Positions 56,378-64,000 of a stretch of 64,000 nt of DNA are shown here, one piece after another. Location: NCBI GenBank assembly GCA_001643675.2, contig LSRY02000027.1:868001-932000 (forward strand), given 5' to 3'. Positions within the stretch are counted from its first letter, which is position 1, and the number at the start of each line of letters is the position of its first letter. A program made the translations under genes and the position numbers. The notes below the pieces were generated by a model, which saw nothing but the letters and a program-made list of their open reading frames with translations, did not search any database and had not been told where the DNA came from. The DNA is from Monocercomonoides exilis PA203 (Eukaryota; Protista; Preaxostyla).

Positions 56378-57804
56378 ATGGAAATGATTGACATCGGGAA
56401 TACAGTTAAAAAATTGCAAGTATTGCCACCAAAAAATCAAACATTGAGTTTGCGTATTTTATTTTTTTTTCGGATAATTTTTTGTGTTTTATCAAATGAT
56501 TGAAGAATTGTTATCTGAGCTTGAATTTTGCAATGAGGAAGATCAGAAACAGAAAATCCTTGAAATGAATAGAATGATTGAAAATATGAATAAAGAAGAA
56601 TTCAGATGCATTTTCACAAAAGAACTGTTCAATAGAATAAATCAAATGATTGAAGAAAAGAAAATATCTTTGAAATATTCCCTTTTAGTGTTGAAGAGCA
56701 TAGGATATTCCAAGTCTCTGATGAACCTGTGGGGTAGGAGCTTTGAGAGATCTTTATTGCGCAAAAGATTCGAAGAGATGATTGCTAAAGAAGATGAGAA
56801 AAAGGAAGGAAAGGATGAAAAGCTACTTGCTGATCTTTGTGAATGCTATATTTTTCTCAGTTATAATTTCCCTCCGAGCTTACTTTCATTTTGCGTGCGT
56901 TGCCTGATAAAAGTTGCTTTGAATAAGGAGGAAAACGAGGAAGCTCAAAAAGAAGTGGAAATGGCACTTTTGGCATTGAGTCACATTGATGGATATTATG
57001 TTTGACCTTCTTTTTTTAAAAATAATATATTTTTATGACAATGGCTTCTGTTTTTATAAGAAAATTGAAAAAGAATTGTATTTGAATGAAATCAAAGAGA
57101 TCATTCAATACCATCTGGAGCATCACAATCTGACACATCTTGCCTATCAGTCTGCTTGGCAGTTTTTGCTCAGAAGATTAGAAATGGACACTGCGAATGA
57201 GCTGCATTTAGCGAGAGAGGCAGCAAGAGAACTGGAAGAATTGTCGAAATGTCTGGATTGGAAGAGGAAAGAAGAGAAAAAAGGAAAAGAAACGAAAGAA
57301 GAAAAAATTATAAACAGATGGCTGCAAGCATTGTTCAATTTCTTATGTTACTGCAACATGTGGAATGAAGAATTTATTGGGCTTATTGGCAGCATTGTTG
57401 AGGTTTACCGAGCAGCAAAGGATAATTACAGAAATATTTGTGAGAGATGCATTATTTTCTTGAGAAAAGCAGCAATATGCGAATCTGTGAAGACTGATTA
57501 CTTGGTGAAAGGAGGAGCTATTAATGTTGCCTTAGAGGAGATTCAGCAACCAACAACGGATGACACGATGATACATGAAAGCTTATCATTTTTTGTTGCG
57601 ATTCCATTGCGAATGAAAGAAGAGAAGGAAGATGGAATAGATGAAGCAAAAAGAAAGAAAAACAAAATTAAATTGTTCGAAAAGTTGGAAGAAGAGGGAT
57701 ACGAAGATTCCATCGCAAGCTTTTATGAAACTTTAGAGTATTATCAAAGATATTATGAAATTGGTTTATCGTTGAATATTGCAGATTATTTTGTGAATGT
57801 TTGA
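56378..57804 (+). CDS. Lineage-expanded alpha-helical protein, copy 3, join(56378..56447,56506..56999,57061..57804), ~435 aa
   Basis: Introns 56448-56505 (GTTTGCG...GAAG) and 57000-57060 lie at the same positions and phases as in copy 2. Family motifs conserved. Confidence 0.85.
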
Positions 57805-57947
57805 AGAAATGAAACTCCTTTAATTTTGTAACTCAAAAATGATGCATTTTTCATTTTTTTTTCCATTTCACAAAATCGAAAACAACAGAGTTTTTTTTCT
57901 AAAAAGACTATTTTTCATAACTTCGAAATGCAATGAAGCAACAGAAA

Positions 57948-57949
<2 letters not shown>

Positions 57950-57993
<44 letters not shown>
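57950..57993. repeat. 44-bp poly(A) tract
   Basis: Homopolymer seen directly. Confidence 0.9.
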
Positions 57994-57995
<2 letters not shown>

Positions 57996-58247
57996 AAAAG
58001 ATGAGCTAAATCATATTCTGAGTGATAAAATTTCTTGAATCCTCCATAAATCGACAGGCAATCACAAACAAATCATTCAAACCTGCGTGAAATGAAGAAA
58101 CTTAGATTATTAGAAAATTGTTTATGCTATTCACCTCTTCTTTGAAGGTTTCTTATTTTCTTATATGGTTCGAATTTTTGTAAAAATTTTTAAAAAATAA
58201 TTCAAGTTATAAATATTATTGAATGCCAATCAATGCAAAAAGTTCAT

Positions 58248-58279
58248 ATTTTTCTTTTCTTTTCTTTTCTTTTCTTTTC

Positions 58280-58310
<31 letters not shown>
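58248..58310. repeat. (CTTTT)n microsatellite
   Basis: About 10 tandem CTTTT units followed by poly(T). Confidence 0.85.
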
Positions 58311-58721
58311 GAGAATATTACTTAAAATGAATTCATTTTTGCATTTGTGACATATCTAAAATAGGATATAATTTTTCTTTTCATCATGCCGAGTTTTTAA
58401 TTTTTTTGTGTTGAAGATAAAATGGATCTTCATAAATCTAATATGCAATGAGAATCACACACTCAAACAGTTGATTTTATTTTTCTCTTTCGCCTTTTTA
58501 TATCTAATTTTATCACTTTCAAATAATTGAAATCAGTAAAACAGAAATAAATCAAAGTTTAAATAAACAAGCTTTACAGCATAAATAAAACGTCATTGAA
58601 AACAAATTTATTTTCAGAAAAAATTATAACTCTTGAATTTTCAGAAAAATGTCTTTTGATCAATATCCATAAAAACTTAAAAGTGTTATCAAAATAAAGT
58701 TTTGTGGTGTTTAATATTTTA

Positions 58722-61700
58722 ATGAGCGATAGAAGCAATCACAAGCACAATGCTATAAAGCCAATTGGAAAGGTGGTGTATCAGCTTGATTATGAGACTT
58801 TAAAAGAGCTTGTTCAAAAAAGTGCTCATTTGCTCAAAAAATATCCTGTTTATGCTTGCTTTAACAATGATTGCTTTCATTCTGGGAAAAGCCGATTTTT
58901 ACTGAGTTCTTTTGAGGGACTTGGACTTGTATTCCCTGTTGGACTCGTTAAAGAAATTGATATTGGGTAGATAAATTGATTTTCTAATTTGTAAGGAATT
59001 TTCATGCTTTATTTTTTTTAGAGGAAATCAACTTTCTTCATTTTCGGTAAGGGATGCAAGTAGAAATCAGCAAGGTTCAAGAGATGGGTTTGTTAAATTG
59101 AGAAGAATGTGGCTTGATCATAATGAAATTTCACGACTTGATCTTGATGGTGTACCAAAAATTGAAGAACTTTATGCATCACATAATAAGGTTTGAATTT
59201 ATATGCTGTTTATCAAATGATTATTGAATTATTTATGCTTTTCACTTATCTCTTTAAAGCTAACATCATTACCAATTATTCCTGATTACAAACACTTGTC
59301 TATTTTGGATTTGTCGCACAATCAACTTTCTGGATCCCTTGAACCACTTGCGCACTCCTCTTCCTCTCTTGTGACGCTGAATATCTCATACAATGAGTTT
59401 GATTGGGATCTTCCAGAAATGTTATCGGTATTTAACTTTCAGTCAGTTAACTTGTTGTGTTTATTTATTTATTTGGAAAAATTTTTGATTTTATTTTTAT
59501 TTTTCTTTATTCCTTCCTTCCTATTTTTCTTCTCCTTCTTCTTCTTCTTTGCCATCTTTTCCTCATTCTCTCTCTCTCTCTCTCTCTTCCACCTCTCTCT
59601 CTCTCTCTCTCCTTCCCCCCTCTCCTCCTCCTCCATGAACACAGATGCTCTCCACCTTAAATGCATTTGTCAATCTCGTTTCGTTTGATTCCTCCCACAA
59701 CCCTTACGAAGACTCATTCCCCCGCCAGCTTCTGAAGGAGCATGTGACACAGCAGATGGCGAAGCACAAGCTAAAGTGGTTCAACGGAGACAAAATCCAC
59801 AAGGCAGACAGGAAGAAGAAGCCAAGCGAGCCACTGAGATATGTGACAGAACAAGAGAGCGAGCAGTTGATGATGACGATGAAGAGTATGAAGACAAAAG
59901 AGGAAATATCTGGATCGGATTTATCAGCGTCATTGAATTCTTCTTCTTCTTCTTCTTCTTCTTCTGCCATTTCTCCAGTTGTGGTGGAAGCAGAAGCGTC
60001 AGTTCCTTCAGCATTTGCTGGAATGTCGACAACAACATCACAGACAAAAGAAGAGAAAATCGAATATCACAAAGAGAAAATGCAAAAGGGAGAAGGAAAA
60101 GAAGAAGGAAAAGAAGAAAGAAAAGAAGCAGAAACAGAGAAACAAGAGAAGAAGGGAGAAAAGAAGAAGGAAATAATTGAAGAGGAGCATAAAGATGGTA
60201 AAGGTGCATCTTTATCTGTTGGTTCATCATCATCATCTTCTTCTTCTTCTTCCTCCTCCTCCTCTTCTTCTTCTTCCTCTTCCTCTTCTTCCTCTTCTTC
60301 TTCTCAGAAAATCTCAGAAAATGAATCTCAAAGAGAAGCAAAGCAAGAATCAGAAAAGATTGCTTCTGTTGAAGAAAAACGAGGAAAAGAAAAAGAAACT
60401 ACAAAAATAGCAGACAAAAAAGAAAGAAGTGAAAAGAGAGAAGAGAAAGAGAAAGAGAAAGAGAAAGAGAAAGAAGAGAAGAAAGAACAACTTAGAAGAG
60501 AATCAAAAGAAGTTTTAGAAGAAAACGAAAATAAAACTGAAGCTGAAGACGAAATGATAGAAAAAGCAAATGAAGAAATAAAAGAAGAGGAGGAAAAGAA
60601 AGAAGAAAGAGAAGAAAGAGAAGAAAGAGAAGAAAGAGAAGAGAAGAAGAAAGCAGCCAACACAATAGCAGACTGCTGGTTAAGTGTGAAAAGAACGAGA
60701 GAAGCGAAAAGTGAACTGAAAATGTTGAAACAGAAGAAAATAGAGGGGAAAGAGGGGAAAGAAGGGAAAGAAGAAAAGGAGAAGGAAAAAAGAGAAAGAG
60801 AAAGAGAAAGAGAAAGAGAAAGAGAGAAAGAAAGAGAAAGAGAAAGAGAGAAAGAAAGAGAAAGAGAAAGAGAAGAAGAAGAAGAGAAGGAGGTGACAAC
60901 TTCTGTTCTTGTAAAGGAAGAAGAAGAAAAACTAAAAGCCGAAAAGAAAGGCGAAGTTTTAGAACTTGAATGGGAAGAGGTAGAAAAACAATGTTTTTTG
61001 ATAGAAAATGTGCTGTTTGGCAGCAGATTCAATGAAGAAGAAGAAGAAAGCGTGATTGAGTGGCTTGGAGAAGAAGAAAAATGGCAAAATGTGACAAGGG
61101 CGCTTCAGAAGATGCTGAAGATGCTGATGCCGATTGTGACACATTGTAGAATGATGGAAGAGAATGAGGAAGAGGAAGAGAAGAAGATGATGGTATCGAA
61201 TGAAAATTCTTCTTTGTCTGCTTCTTCTTCTTCTTCTTCTTCTTGTATTTCCTCTTCCTCTTCTTCTTCTTCCTCTTCTTCCTCTTCTTCTTCTCCTTCT
61301 CCTCACACATCTTACATCTCGCACATGATATGCCATTCAGATTGCATTCCAGACTCTTCTCTTTCTTCTGTCTCCTCCACCCTTCTTCTCCTCTGCCACA
61401 TCTTCCCAATCATCCTCTCCTGCGCTCTGAATAAAAAACAGAGGAACTGCAATGAAAATGAGAAAAAATTAGATTCGATATCTTCTTCTTCTGCTGCTTC
61501 TTCTGCTCCTTCTTCTTCTGAAAATTGTTTTCTTTCTCTTTCTTCTTTATCTTCTCTTTCTTCTCTTTCTTCTTTCTCTCCCCTCACATCTTCCCCTGCT
61601 TCCATCCCTCTCTTCATCATCTGCCTCATCTGTCACATACAAAGTCCTTTTCATTCGGTGAATTCTTCTTCTTCTTCTCTTTCTTCTTCTTCTTTATCTT

Positions 61701-64000
61701 CTTCATCTTCATTATCTTCTCCTTCTCCTTCTTCTTCAATTAAGATGGATTCATTGGGCGTTAGATTTGCAAGAGCAGTTGTTCAGAACCCTCTTTTCAC
61801 TTCAACTTCTGCACTTTGCTCTATGAAAATGGATTCATTAATATCTTTATCTTTATCATCATCATCTTCTTCTTCTTCTTCAATTACTTCTTCTTCTCAA
61901 CCTTCTTCCATTTCTTCTTCTTCTTCTTCTTCTCATTCCTCTTCTTCATTAGCTTCTTCTTCTCCTTCCATTTCTCCTTCTCCTTCTTCTCCTTCTCTTT
62001 CTTCTTCCCCTTCCTCTTTGAACAACTCTCTCTTCTCTCTCTCCAACCCCCTCTGCTCTTCATTGGCTGCCCATTCAAATGACACAGTTTTCTCTCTCCT
62101 CCACAGATTCCACAGGAATGGAAACCCAACAGAAGAAGAAGAAGAGGAAGAAGGTATAAGAGAAGAAAGGGAGAGGATGAGGAAGATGATGGAGTGGATG
62201 AGGGAAGAGAAGGAAAGAAGAGAAGGAGAAGGAGAAGGAAGAGAAGGAGAAAAAGGAGAAAAAGGAGAAGGAAAAAATACCCTTTCAACCTCAAATTCAT
62301 CCCCAAATACAAAAATTTCCCAATTTTCCCAGTTTTCTCTCAACAAGCTCACAATCTTGTTATATTTGCGTCGTGCCGGCAAGAAAAGGAGGAAGTTGCT
62401 GTCATTGCCTTTATCAGGAAATGGCTTTTGTTCGTCTTCTTCTTCTTCTTCTCTTTCTCTTTCTCCTTCTTCTTTTCCTTCTTCTTCTTCACATGCCAGT
62501 GTCTGTTCAAAAGAACAGATAACTCATTCACCTTCCTTTGAGAATGGAGAAGCAGAGATGGAGGCAGTTAATGAGGAAGAATGGGTGAAGTTTGTTGGGG
62601 TTGTGCAGAAGTTTGTGGGGGAAAGGGGGAAAAGAGAAGGAAGAGAAGGAAGAGAAGAGGAGGAGAAAGAGAAGAAAGAGAAAGAAAAGAAAGAGAAGGA
62701 GAAAGAGAATGGAGAAAGAGAAGGGGGAGGAAATGAAGTTGAAACAAGAGCATCGACACTGGACTCTATTGCTTCTCTCTTTTCTTCTCTTTCACCCCAA
62801 ACACAAATTTCTTCTCTTTCTTCTTCCTCCTCCTCTTCTTCCTCCTCCTCCTCTTCTCTCCAGCATCTTCCACCTGGTCTAAGACAACGCAGACTTTCTC
62901 GTGCCATGTCTCTGTCTGCCTCTTCTGTGCTCAGATCTTCTTTCTCTTCTGCCATTCAACCTCCTCTTTCGATTGTTTCTGCTTCTGCTTCTGCTTCTTC
63001 TTCTTCTTATACAGTAAGCTCACAATACCCTTCCATTTGCGATCCAAAAGACGAAGAAGAACTAGAAATTGATCAACTGCAGGCGAAAGACAAAGAAGAA
63101 AGAAAGAAAAGACACACAAAATATGATTTTCTGATGAAAGCGATGGATGAAGAAGACGATGAAGGAGATGAGGTGATGTTCAGAGGAATCCTGCCAATTT
63201 CTGTGAAGTTCCATTTTCTGCCTCTTCTGCTGGCGACTGTTCGGTTTGCGAGTTTGGATGTGAAGGGAAACGGAGGGAAGAAAGGGGAGAAAGGAAAAGA
63301 TGGAGTAAATGTTAGCGATCCTTCATCTTCTTCTTCCTCCTCTTCCTCTTCCTCTTCCTCTTCCTCTTCCTCTTCCTCTTCCTCTTCCTCTTCCTCTTCT
63401 TCTCTCCAATATTCATATTCCTCTCAACACCTTTCCATTCTGAATGTCTTTTCGCCTTCTCCATCTCTCGTTTTCGCTTCTCTTCCTTCTTTCTCTGTTT
63501 ATCTTCACTCGCTCTTCCTCTCCTTCTCTTCGGCTGTGCTGATCAGCAGAAACGAAGAAGGTATAAAGACACAAACATCTTCTCAATCTTCATTGTCATC
63601 TGCTTCTTCTTCTTCTTCTTCTTCTCTTACCTCCTCTTCCTCCTCTTCCCCCTCTCAAAAATCCATCATTGCCATCACACAACCAATGATTGACGCCCTC
63701 TGCTTAATAAACGATTTCTCGTCTTATCTTCCCTTTGTCTGCTCTTTCGTTTCTTATCCAATCAGAAAAACACTCCAAAAACTGTCAAATTCGGCGATTG
63801 ACGTGAAGAATGAGGAGGTTTATTGTTCTTCTTCTTCTTCTTCTTCTTCTTCTTCTTCTCTCCAACCCACCTCTCAATCTGTCTCTGTCTTCGACTCTAT
63901 CACAGCGTCTGCCTCTTCCCAACAACAACAGCAAAAGGGGAATCTTTCTTCGCCTTTTGCCCTTCTTTTAGCTGCTTTGCTGACAAAAGCGCCAATGTTT
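58722..64000 (+). CDS. Leucine-rich-repeat protein with LRR cap and very long S/E/K-rich low-complexity region; join(58722..58966,59022..59190,59260..59427,59645..>64000), 3' partial
   Basis: Splicing gives VKEIDIGGNQLSS, LRRMWLDHNEISRL, IEELYASHNKLTSL, LSILDLSHNQLSG, LVTLNISYNEF, LVSFDSSHNPY...LKWFNGDKI (LxxLxLxxN repeats plus cap). The frame from 59645 is absent from the ORF track, consistent with no stop before the window end. Spot checks read as protein (VIEWLGEEEKWQNVTRALQKMLK; FALLLAALLTKAPMF). Confidence 0.82.

Noticed and set aside
57950-57993. Poly(A) after family copy 3 as evidence of retroposition
   Set aside because: The gene retains both introns, no TSD is seen, and long homopolymers occur elsewhere in the window.
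59457-63119. Many short K/R/E- or F/S-rich ORFs in the track
   Set aside because: They are off-frame or antisense readings of the long LRR-gene exon and its intron microsatellite.
1-64000. CRISPR arrays, rRNA or tRNA genes
   Set aside because: No repeat-spacer periodicity or recognisable structural RNA motif was seen by eye. A tRNAscan-SE/Infernal run would be needed to exclude them.

Overview
AT-rich eukaryotic DNA with short GT-AG introns, most consistent with an oxymonad such as Monocercomonoides (inferred from the gene families, not searched). From left to right: (1) a degenerate/intergenic zone with several fold-back MITEs; (2) a head-to-head pair of spliced genes, UTP6 (-) and a mucolipin/TRPML-like channel (+); (3) an intron-less 31-kb gene for a ~10,350-aa type I membrane protein built from 20 diverged Cys-capped beta-helix-like modules; (4) a transposon-dense island at 41.7-48.5 kb; (5) three dispersed paralogues of a 3-exon helical-protein family; (6) a spliced LRR gene with a very long low-complexity exon that runs off the window. 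The island holds a pogo-like MITE, a second copy of a 406-bp MITE, a decayed relative of the giant gene enclosed by perfect 146-bp inverted repeats, and a complete Merlin/IS1595 element with TIRs, an 8-bp TSD and one in-frame TGA. All alignments were done by eye and no database searches were run.
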